This document shows, in pieces, positions 42,815-54,067 of a DNA stretch of 64,000 nucleotides. The DNA is from the human T2T-CHM13v2.0 reference genome, Homo sapiens, in the NCBI RefSeq assembly GCF_009914755.1, contig NC_060933.1; one strand, written 5' to 3'. The notes beneath the pieces are model-generated. The model ran no database searches, was not told the origin of the DNA, and saw nothing but the letters and a program-made list of their open reading frames with translations. Position 1 is the stretch's first letter. Each line of letters opens with the position of its first letter. Made by a program: the position numbers and the translations under genes.

Positions 42815-43986
42815 AATTATTAGCTGCCTTTCCCTCCTTTCCCACTATGACTTCACTCTTTCCACTTCCTTTGAATATGGTTGCAGATGCTTAAGGTTAG
42901 AAATCTCAGAATATGTTTGCAGGGTCTTCTTTCTTAATATGTATTTTTTTCCTGAAATTCCAGGTGACCCTATACACCAAATAAGACAATTTTACATAAA
43001 TCTTTTACTCTCTCTTGCTGAAATCTTAAAGATGTTTTTCCTATTGTTGGAATGGTGGAGAAAGAAATAACAAAACTAGTTTTTCATTGGAACACTTGAT
43101 CTTGTCTTTAAAATGCATTCACATGCTCTTTTGTGGAAAGGCAGTATAGCCCGTTTAAAGGAGGCCCTTCAGAGTGAGAGGTAAGGCCAGTGGCCAACTG
43201 AGGCTTTAATGAGTTAGCTTAAGTATGTAAGCTAATTAGTAAACCCAAGTTTCCAGAGCAAAGAGCTAAGATAAAGAGAGGTAGCCAGGTAGTTAAAAAA
43301 ATGCCTCTGGAAAAAGTACATCATTGGGAAATTATGCTGTTGATGAACTTTAATCACTTTCTCTCCTAATTTATGCCAAGTTTTGAAGGGCAGAAAATAA
43401 TTTTGTTATATTTTGTTTTGCTATGTTTCTCCCGAGCTAAGATATGAGAAGAAACTGGACCGCTAGTTAATCAGATCCATGAGTGTTAATAAATAGTGAA
43501 GCCCATGGATTTCACCAACCTTGTAACAGAGAGAAGAGCTCCTGCAGAAAAAATGCAGGGTGGATGTGGTTACCCCAGACTTGACACCACAGTTCACTTG
43601 GCAGAAGCTTCCCCAAATTGGAGGCAAAGTACGTAATAGAAAACAACCTTCTAAAATCAAACCTTCCAAAAAGGGATAAGCATCACTGCAATCATTCAGG
43701 AAGTAATCAGAAGAGTTCCACTGGAAGCTTTTGATTTGTGAGTTATACATCTGTGCTCTGAACACTAAGTGATCTGTAGGGATGACCCTAGGCCCTTGTA
43801 CTCGATGTGGCACCAATATGAAAGTGAATACACAACAAAGGCAGAATTAGAGAGCAGTTTAGAAACTATTACTGGGCTTGTTTCCTCCTGGAGAATTTTA
43901 TTAGATGGGAAATGTGCAATTAGAAATCTTAATATGAAAGAATGGACTAGTAAAGACCTGCCCTTTTTGTAGAGTTCTAATTTAGT

Positions 43987-44069
43987 TACTAAGCTGAACC
44001 ATATGAAATTGCTATTTCATAAGTTAAAAATGGTCCAAAATAGGAAACTTTCTGTGGTTCAACCTAATA
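43987..44069. mobile_element. MADE2-like Mariner MITE
   Basis: TACTAAGCTGAACCATATGAAATTGC ... GGTTCAACCTAATA inverted termini with TA ends. Confidence 0.8.
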
Positions 44070-44189
44070 TCCTTCAGGCATCTTATAAAGGGGACATGAT
44101 GGACTCTGGTGGACATTTTTTGAGCACCATCATGTGTTAAAAATCATTCTAAGTGAATATATATATGCACATATATTAAATCTACTTAT

Positions 44190-44580
44190 CCATGCACTGT
44201 TCCTCTAACATACCAGACGCATTGCAACTTCCAGGTCTTTGTAGCTTCTTTCCCTCTCCAGGGCATGATCTTCACCCTGACATTCACTTAGATTCATTCA
44301 GGGCTCTGCTCAAACATCAGAGAGAGCCTCCCTGCTAAGTTTACTGAAAATAATACCCCATCACTCTGTCTCTTACCAAGTTTTATTTTTCTTCTAAGTA
44401 TTTATCACCCTGTAACATTTGTTGGTCTTGTTTAACATTTATCCCCTACTAACAAAATGAAAAATTTGCAGGAACAATGACATTGCCACTTTTCATTTGC
44501 GGGTCTTTTTCCATTGCCCAGAACAGCATCTGACATATCATAGGTATTTAATATGCACTGGTTGAATAAATGAATGAGAC
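44190..44580 (+). mobile_element. L2 3' end
   Basis: Ends ACATATCATAGGTATTTAATATGCACTGGTTGAATAAATGAATGA. Confidence 0.7.
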
Positions 44581-47390
44581 TCCAGAGCCCAAGCATTATC
44601 CTCTGCACTGCACTTGTATGGAGAAGAAAGGGTAGAAAAAAGGAAGAAAATGTAAAGATGGAGAAGGGGGACACAAGGCAATAACACAAGGAAGGGCTAT
44701 TTCTTCTGTGAAATCCTGACCCAAATTTCCCCTTTTTTTTTTTTAAGGCTCTGCTTTTGAGGCTATTATAAATTTCTGCTTATTGCCTCAGTAGAGCTGT
44801 GGTGAAAATGTCACTTTGTATAAATTTGAGCTGCTATATGGGTATGTAATACACAGATCAAATTCATGTTTATTGCATATTCAATATGACAAATATAGAT
44901 TCCTAGTGGATACTGGCAGCAGGTCAAGGTAGTTACCAGAGAGAGAGACAGCCAAATGGAGAACAAGAGTGAAGAAGGAGCAAAGTAGAAAATTAGGCTG
45001 GAAATCTCCCTGAAATTTTGGTACTTCATTTCCAAAGTTGTCTAAGTCATTGCAAGAATTTGCCTTAACCCCAATAGCCATCATATAACAGGGGCTAAAG
45101 AGATGGATCTGTATGCCCTGTAAATCCTCAGGCAGCAATTTAATGAACAGACATTCTTCAAGAAAACATGGGATTCTGCTTGAAGTGTCACTGTGCTCTG
45201 ATGACTGATGAAAATATCTGGAAAGATGCTCTTCTTTAGGTAGACCATTCTCCGTAAGAAAATACATGGAACACTATCTGTGTCCTTGAGAATTATGTAC
45301 TGTTGTTTACTTCCAAAAATGGACATAGGTTTTGCTATTCAGATAGGATAGCCATAAGTAATTCTATTCTCTTCCTTTAATCACATTTTCCACAAATAAT
45401 GAAAACAGAACCTTCTAGCAGGTTGTAAGTTAGCACATGGGTCAATGGTTTATCATTGGAAATATCGACAAGATGACAAGGAGCTTTTGCTGTAAATAAC
45501 ACCTCCAATGGCACCCTTCCAACCAGCACTGAGCCTTCTTCATGCTGTTGCTCAATGTCAGGCACTCTTTGTTCTCCAGGAACTGGAATATCCAATAGGT
45601 AATATATGGAGAACAAGCTGATTATAATCCCAGAAGGGATACGGCCTCTTTCCAAAGAGCCCAGCACACACAGTAACTTACACGCCTTGATATGATGTGA
45701 ATAATTTTGCCAAGATCTCTATGTCACATAGGCAGTGATCATAAAAAATTATTATGGTAGAGCTCCCGCATCAGCATGAAGCAGGGTAGAAAGAAACATG
45801 GATCCGGCTGTAGGTTAACATAAACGTGGTTTATACTGGGTTAAGGATCTCACTGTGGGTCAATATAAATGTGGTGTACATATTTAGACTCCTTAAAATG
45901 TCTTTGGCCTGTTATTTTGGCTGAATATTATAACTGAGGGTCTCCCTCAGAAGCCCTGTAGTTTTTTCAGTTTTCCTAAAGCGTCTCTTGATTTTTTTCC
46001 TTCATTCAACTCTGCCTCAGGATTCTTTACAGGCTACCTCTCTAAGCATGGACCAGCAGAATCCGCACCCCCCGGGAGGCTCATCCTAGACCTACTGAAT
46101 GAGAATCTCATTTTAACAGGATCCCAGGAGATCTGAATGCATGTTATAGTTTGGATATCTCTGCTTTACAGTTCAGAAGATTCTTTTTTGTAGGTTATAA
46201 AGCCTGATTAGCTGGTCATTATATTACTACACAATAGGAAACATACATCTGAAATAATTCTTCAAGGGAAGTTTATTCCAAATTCTTCAGTCTTCAGTTG
46301 ACCCCTGATTCTCTAAGACTGAAGTCTTTAACTCAGGTAAATCACCAACACTGATTATCTAATGTAAACAGTACATTGTGGATAAGGCTATCTCTGTTCT
46401 ATCCCAGGCTACTGATCATCATTATGCCATAGGCCCTGGATGGCAAAGGACAAATGAATTTAATCTCTCTTTTTACAGTCAATTGATAGTAAATGATGCT
46501 TGAAATACTGTGTTGCGGAAGATTCTAAGGTAATTACCTCTAGGCTGAGCTGAAGAGTTACAGGGATTGATTAACAGTGTCTGCTCTAAATACAAGAGAG
46601 AAGAATGGTGCTAAGAGTGTGGCATATTTACATTCTATTATAGGCCTTCAGGTAACATTTAGCACATTCAGAGAATCAGCCTGAAGAATTTCCTCCTTTG
46701 TAGAAACCTCAAAATGAAGGGTCTGCAATGAACCATGTTCCATGGATCACAATTCAAAACCACTCACAGTCAATAAAGTCATGTCCTGTGAGACCCGACC
46801 CACCAAGAGGAATCTCAAATTTCTAATGGTTTCTCCCGGAAAGGGAAAAGAGTTTGCCTTACAGTTTCTTCATGCCACAGGGGTAAGCAAAAGAAACCTT
46901 TTTCTTATGCGGGCTGCAGAAGAAGCCAGACCGACACCAAAATATCATTCTCCTGCATTCCACACTTTAAACAAGACCATGTTGACCTCCTCCACCACAC
47001 TGTGAGCTCTGGGAGGAGCTCACAGTGTTATAGGAGGTGTTACGGGAGTGTTATAGGAGGTGCCAATGATGCCCTTTGAGTGAATGTTAATTGTGCAAGA
47101 AAAAAAAACACAGATTTCACCTTACTATGCCCCAATAGGTATTAATCCACAACAGAGAAGGTAAATCCACCAACAAAAAAAGGAGAGAAATCACAAAACT
47201 TGATAGTTCCTATTCAATTATGTTGCATGTTTTAGGGGAATTTATAACTAAAAAGATACATCCAAATATGTGATAGCAGATCATTTGATCTTCAACTTGA
47301 TATTGAATTACCCCACTTAGAATTTTAAAAACTGGGTCTCAGAGAATTTAAGCACCTTGGCTCTGATTTCTGAGTTTGACTTGCTAAACC

Positions 47391-47600
47391 AAGGGTCAGC
47401 AAACTTTTTCTGTAGAGCCAGACAGTAAGTGCTAGGCTTTGTGGGCCATACCATCTCTGTCACAACTACTCCATTCTGCCACTGTATTATGAAAGCAGCC
47501 ATCAACAATATATAAACAAATAGATGTAGTTGTGTTCCAATAAATTCTAATTTACAAAAACGGACAGATTTAATCCACAGGCTACAGTTTGCTGCCTCTC
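47391..47600 (+). mobile_element. MER58A-like MITE
   Basis: GGGTCAGCAAACTTTTTCTGTA..GGCTTTGTGGGCCATA..GTGTTCCAATAAA..CAGTTTGC. Confidence 0.85.
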
Positions 47601-48649
47601 AAGCTAAACTCTTTTCTTTACAGCACAGTTGACGATCCAGAAGCCCTTGTCAAACTCTCTACGCTTCTATTTTATTTCCATTTGCATTTATCGAGCACAT
47701 ACTAAGTACCTGTGCTAGGACTTAGGACTCCAAAACTAAAAGAGAATCACATTTCCACCCTCAAGGAAGTAGAGTGCTGGCTGAGGATACAAACGGAGAC
47801 ACTTTGTAAATGTCCATCTTGAAGTTCCAACTCTCCCTTATTCAACTCCAGGGTGGATTAGTTACTATTTCACTAATGCCCCTATAGCACATAGGTATAT
47901 AACTCTATTGTTCACTCATCACTTCTATATTACAATTACGAGTCTCCCCCACTAAGGCCATGAGAACAAAAGTTGGAGATGCATCATACCTGGCTCTAGG
48001 TCCCAATCTCTACCAAGGTGCCTGATGTGTATCAACAAGCTTGATTTTTTTAATGATTATATATCATGTGGAAGTTATGAGAGAACTAATTTATTAAGAT
48101 CTATTTAGTAAAGGATTGTAATACCAGGCTACGGAAATATTGTGGAGCATAACTTGTGGAGGTCTCATTGGTCACAGACCTTGGGGCTGAACTTTCTAAG
48201 CCAAAGAATGTATGTGACTAAGAATGTATGTGGCTAAGATAATGTATATTTGCTCAGCAGCTATTAGCAGATTTTACATCATGGCACTTTACTGACACAC
48301 TGTTTCCACTAAGTGGTCCTCACAGTGGACTTTAGCTAATTGAAAGCTGTCATTCTATATGTTATCCAAAGAGAATCCAAGCTTTTATGTGAAGAGAAAA
48401 AACTGAAACCTGAATTCTTCCATGCCCAATCTATATTGAAATAATGCTAAAATGTATCGTATAGAGCAAAGAAAAGAAAACTCCCCACAATGGCAAAAAC
48501 ACAAAAATATGTGTGTTCCCAGCAAGCCCCATTAGCAGAGCCTCAAAGCCCGCTCTCTGGCTCACTCACACATTGATCCACTGATCAATGAGAAGAGAGT
48601 GGATTCAGTTGGTCCAGTACCCAAGCATAATGCTGCTTCTGTACTGTGT

Positions 48650-49034
48650 TGTATTAGTCCATTCTCACATTGCTATAAAGAACTACCTGAGACAGGGTAA
48701 TTTATAAAGAAAAGAGGTTTAATTGGCTCATGGTTCAGTAGGCTTTACAGGAAGCAAGGCCAGGGAGGCCTTAAGAAACTTACAATCATGGAGGAAGGTG
48801 AAGAGGAAGGAGGCACATCTTCCATGGCCAGAGAAGGAAAAAAGATAGCGAACATGGAGGTGCTACACACTTTTAAACAACCAGATCTCTTAAGAACTCA
48901 CTCACTATCATAAGAACAGCAAGGGAGAAGTCCGCCCCATGAGGCAATCACCTCCCACCAGGTCCCTCCTCCAACACTGGGGTTTACAATTTTGACATGA
49001 GATTTGGGCAAGGACACAAATCCAAACCATATCA
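48650..49034 (-). mobile_element. MSTA/THE1D-type MaLR solo LTR
   Basis: TGTATTAGTCCATTCTCAC ... CCAAACCATATCA termini. Confidence 0.93.
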
Positions 49035-49566
49035 TCTGCTATGAGACCCAGCACCGGTTTTGCAGAGAGAAGAAAGGAGCTGGCAAATGCCTTGTATATG
49101 GGAAATGAGCCATCTCCAATAGAGACTTTAGGTAGGATTTGGTGTTTTGACATTAGCTCCTTGGTGCAGAATTCACCCTGGGCTGGGCAGAACTGACCGT
49201 CTTGGACCATGTCAACAACCTTCCCATCCATCCTGGATGGGACTTAGAAGAGGCATCTTTGCTAAAGCCCATATTGAAGGGCTTTCAGAAGGAGTAAAGA
49301 CATTTATACTAGTATTAATTCTCCATTTTGACTTCTTCTCTGGATGAACATTTGCCTACAAAACAAAATTCCTACTTTAGTTTTCGTATATTCAATATGG
49401 CCTAGAAGATAAACATACAGGTTTTACAATTACACTGACCAGAGTTACAGTCCTTGCCCCACCATTTCCAAATTGCCGGCCTTGGGTCTTTTCCATGATC
49501 CCTCATCCCTCAGTTTTCTCATTGTTAAATGGGAATAATAATACCTTTTTAGAAGGTTTGTGTGAT

Positions 49567-49658
49567 GATTATATGAGATCAGGAATGTAACATAATAGAA
49601 AATAGCATTTATTAAGCATGTAGTTACTATTTTGTTACATTCCTGATCTCATACAATC
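49567..49658. repeat. 32-bp inverted repeat (30/32) at a tail-to-tail MIR junction
   Basis: GATTATATGAGATCAGGAATGTAACATAATAG ... CTATTTTGTTACATTCCTGATCTCATACAATC. Confidence 0.95.
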
Positions 49659-49768
49659 CTCTGTTCTAAGCAGAGGGTCATAACAACTCTATTAGATAGA
49701 CACTATTATGGTCCCGTGTCCCAAATTTCATAGCTAACAAGCACAAATAGAGTAGGATTTAAACTCAG

Positions 49769-50728
49769 TGTGGGAAAAAGCAAGAGAGATCAGATTGTTA
49801 CTGTGTCTGTGTAGAAAGAAGTAGACATAGGAGACTCCATTTTGTTATGTACTAAGAAAAATTCTTCTGCCTTGAGATTCTGTGACCTTACCCCCAACCC
49901 CGTGCTCTCTGAAACATGTGCTGTGTCAACTCAGAGTTGAATGGATTAAGGGCGGTGCAAGATGTGCTTTGTTAAACAGATGCTTGAAGGCAGCATGCTC
50001 CTTAAGAGTCATCACCACTCCCTAATCTCAAGTACCCAGGGACACAAAAACTGCGGAAGGCCGCAGGGACCTCTGCCTAGGAAAGCCAGGTATTGTCCAA
50101 GGTTTCTCCCCATGTGATAGTCTGAAATATGGCCTCGTGGGAAGGGAAAGACCTGACCGTCCCCCAGCCCGACACCTGTAAAGGGTCTGTGCTGAGGAGG
50201 ATTAGTAAAAGAGGAAGGAATGTCTCTTGCAGTTGAGACAAGAGGAAGGCATCTGTCTCCTGCCTGTCCCTGGGCAATGGAATGTCTCGGTATAAAACCC
50301 GATTGTATGCTCCATCTACTGAGATAGGGAAAAACCGCCTTAGGGCTGGAGGTGGGACCTGCGGGCAGCAATACTGCTTTGTAAAGCATTGAGATGTTTA
50401 GGTGTATGCATATCTAAAAGCACAGCACTTAATCCTTTACATTGTCTATGATGCAAAGACCTTTGTTCACGTGTTTGTCTGCTGACCCTCTCCCCACAAT
50501 TGTCTTGTGACCCTGACACATCCCTCTCTTCGAGAAACACCCAAAAATGATCAATAAATACTAAGGGAACTCAGAGGCTGGCGGGATCCTCCATATGCTG
50601 AACGCTGGTTCCCCGGGTCCCCTTATTTCTTTCTCTATACTTTGTCTCTGTGTCTTTTTCTTTTCCAAATCTCTCGTCCCACCTTATGAGAAACACCCAC
50701 AGGTGTGGAGGGGCAACCCACCCCTACA
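49769..50728 (+). mobile_element. HERV-K(HML-2) solo LTR, LTR5_Hs-type, 960 bp
   Basis: TGTGGGAAAAAGCAAGAGAGATCAGATTG start, CCCACCCCTACA end; TSD CTCAG at 49764-49768 and 50729-50733; TATAAAA 50291; AATAAA 50553. Confidence 0.97.
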
Positions 50729-51289
50729 CTCAGTCTAACTACAGAGCAGAATATCTTAACCACTCTATTCTTTTGCTTCCACGACAAATATTACATTCTG
50801 AAAAATAGCTGCTATTTTAATGACTGCTAGTACTATAGCTCATCATCATCATCTTCATCATCATAAAATGTCTAGAGATGGCTTAGACCCAGTAACACTT
50901 AAGGGTGCTGAGCTCTCTTCTGACATAATCCACACTATTTTCTTGTCGATAGGAGAAAATTCCAGACTTTTGCAACTGACAGGGCTGAAACCAACAGTAT
51001 GTCCCTACCTGTTCAGTTTTAAACCCAGGAACTGGGCAGAACTCCTCAGTGACCGTCACTATGAACAAATGGATCAGGGTAGAGGGGGAGAGTATAGTTT
51101 TTGCAGAGGTATGTTGGAGTCTGCTCATATCAGCTCCATACAGCCAACAGAGCAGATTTCTTTTTAACTCTCTGTTTAATAACATGAAGCTGGTAGCTTG
51201 AAATTGATCATGATAAGAATACACCACAGAAATAAGCAAACACTACAAATCAAGGTGCTTTTCCCCCCAGAGACGTGGTTGTTAAACAT

Positions 51290-51530
51290 TTATCAGCACA
51301 CTAGTGCTTTGAAATCAGACAGGCATGAGTTTGAATCCGTAGGCAGTCAAGTGAGATGGCAAAGAAGTTACTTAACTTCACTGAGCTTTATTTTCCTCAT
51401 GCCTATAACAGGAAAAATAGCTCCCTAATGAATTGTTGTGAAGATTTAATGGCATACTATTTGTAAAGTTCTTAGGAGAACATATGGCACTTACAAGTCA
51501 ATAAGTCAATAAGCTATTATGTTAGTTTTA
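51290..51530 (+). mobile_element. MIR SINE
   Basis: TCAGACAGGCATGAGTTTGAATCC..AAGTTACTTAAC..TTGTTGTGAAGATTTAATG. Confidence 0.75.
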
Positions 51531-52955
51531 TTATTTGCATTGCATTAACCAAAAGTGGATGGTGGAAACCATGCTATAAATAAGAATATACAAGCACCAG
51601 CTCAGCAGGCCTGTTCTTCACCAGGATTGGTTTCGCCCTTCCAAAAACTATTCTAGTCATATCCCAATTTTAAAAGCCTGAATTTAGGTGCTTTCTGCTC
51701 TCTGCTCCAGTAATGCATTTTCATTTGGATCCATTTCTAATGTTACAAGCCCCTGCCCGTACCATTCAACCTGTGTTGGGGTAAACTTTACCTAATTAAC
51801 AGTGGCATAATCAAAACAAATATTATTTCAGTTCCACATGACATGATTAATTCCCATATGCATTCCAGGTCAGGCCTGCTCTTGATTCACCAAAAACCAA
51901 ATCACAGAATCACTAAATATTTGAGCTGGAAAATAATTTTGGGCCCCTCTTATCCACTTTGCAGATGGGTGTATTGAGTAGTTAAGTGACTTGTGCTCTA
52001 TAAATAGATGGCTTTATGCCAATAATTTTTTGTAACTTTTAAGAGACAATTCACATGTACTTAGCACATACTAAGGGCAAAGAAGAAAGCCAAAGACTTA
52101 GTGATCCTCTCCACTCTGTCACCAAGTCCTACCCCGCCACAAATCTCATCGCCACTGCTGGTTTTATGTCAAATTACATACCAAAGAAATGTAATGATTT
52201 AATGATGTCATTTATTCTCTGGTAGAACTACTGTATTTTATTAAATTCAACAGTTTCACATCTGGAAGGACCAAGTCAGTTGCCCAACTCACTCCTTGAA
52301 AACTTTAAGGGCTATACAAATTGAGGGGTACTCAACTGCTCTGAATACTCAAATTCTCAAGATGTCAGAGCTTCATGTTGTATCTCTCTCTTACAGAAAC
52401 ATGATACATATTGCCATACTAGAGACTCTGAGAAGCTCTGCAGTGCAAACATCATTTACAACATTTTATTAATCAAATGTTTATTTTTAATTAGTCTGTT
52501 TTCCAAATTTTATTGACTAGAACTAGAGAATTTCTTTTTTGCTGCATATCTACAAATCTCAGACAGAGACTACTCAGTGGAAGACCCGTTTGGTAATGGC
52601 CGATCTAGTCCATGCCCTCAAGTTTAGAGAAGAACCTGACTTTCTGGGTACAGACTTGGGAAAGCCATACAGCTAATCAGAACAGCCAGCTCCTCTGCCT
52701 CCCACTCCTTGCCACTACCATTCCTTAGTGACCCCTTGGTATGTGAATAGGATAGTTTTGGGTTGTGTGATTTCACTGGGGACCTACCCCAGCTCCAAAC
52801 CCCAATCCAGTATGCCAGTGAGCAAGTTAGGAGAAAATCCAAGGAAGTAACTGGGACAGGGAGACAACCCAGTGAGAATTCAAACAGGGAAAGAGAAAAA
52901 GTAAATAAACAATAAAAATTGCATGAGTAGGTGAGAAGACCAATGAATGGACAAG

Positions 52956-53006
52956 TGGATGGATGGATGGATGGATGGATGGATGAATAGATGGATGGAT
53001 GGATGA
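52956..53006 (+). repeat. (GGAT)n tetranucleotide repeat
   Basis: Seen directly. Confidence 0.93.
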
Positions 53007-54009
53007 TAAAAGAATCGAGTAGATGAAGAAGCGAAAGAGTAAAAGAATGAATGAAGAACAAGGCAAGAATGAGTAAGTATGTAAATGAATGAGAGGAGGT
53101 TCACTCCCAGTTGTGCTGTGATTAAAGAAACAATGGCTCCCTTCTAGCCAGTGACACCAGACCTTGTTATAACTCACAGGCAATGCGTAAGAACATATAC
53201 CTTCTCTTTTTCTTTTTCTGCAAATGAGGTATTAAGGAACTTGAATTTTAACCTGAGGACAATGGAGAAATCATGAATAATGCAAGCAGGAGAGGAACAT
53301 GCTTATACTTATGTTTTTGAAATGTAATTCTAGAGGAAGAGGTAGGTGAGAGCCCCTTGTGTGGCCCTTCTCAGTGGAGTCTCGGGTAAGCCACTGCTTA
53401 GTCTTTGCTTCTCAGTCTTCTCGAAAGAAGACAGAAAAGCAGTGATTATATGACAATTCTCTTAGCACTATGGAGTTTACTTTTGCTACCGCTTTGACTA
53501 ACCTTCACCTCCACCTGGCTTTGAACCTTAGAGGAGGTGGATAATATAGACACCTACCACTTGAGTTTCTTATATAGTACTTGCATGTAGAGATCAGGAC
53601 AGTATTGTAGAATTCTTGGGAAGTGAACACAGGGAGCATAATTGACTAACTAGGAATCCTAGCTGTCCTTAAGAGATTCCAAAGTAATACTGAATCTGAA
53701 TATTGGCAGTTTTAAGAGACTATTTTATGACCTAAAAGGAAAGTGGTACTTGACAGAGAATGCAAAAAAAAGTCATGCTCACTGGTATGTGATGTAGGCC
53801 ACGTTAACAACAAATTCAAGGATGTCTGGCACCCTGCACAGTGCCTGGCACCTAACAGGTACTGTACAAATAATAGTTGACTAATCTATACTGAGTTCAT
53901 AAAAGAAGCAAATTCATCCATGTGCTCAGTAAACATATACTAAAGGCCTACTATGTGCTAGCACATGCTCTGGAAGCTGGAGATGCAGCAGTGAATAAAC
54001 GAAGTCCCA

Positions 54010-54067
54010 GCCTTCATGAAGCTTCCATTTGAATGAAATGGCATTTAAATGGAAACTTCATGAAGGC
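54010..54067. repeat. 26-bp inverted repeat (24/26), 6-nt loop
   Basis: GCCTTCATGAAGCTTCCATTTGAATG-AAATGG-CATTTAAATGGAAACTTCATGAAGGC. Confidence 0.95.

Noticed and set aside
45682-45807. Minus-strand 126-nt exon-like segment with GTAAGT donor
   Set aside because: Stops in all three frames and a weak polypyrimidine tract; not supportable as coding.
48204-48248. Short spaced or tandem direct repeats (also TATCCCAGAA x3 near 18094-18148)
   Set aside because: Ordinary slippage duplications; no CRISPR-like repeat-spacer regularity, and the sequence is eukaryotic.
50012-50540. ORFs within the HERV-K LTR
   Set aside because: Antisense frames of LTR sequence; no gag/pol/env present, so this is a solo LTR.
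52624-53183. Overlapping ORFs with IHPS repeats
   Set aside because: Translation of the (GGAT)n microsatellite.
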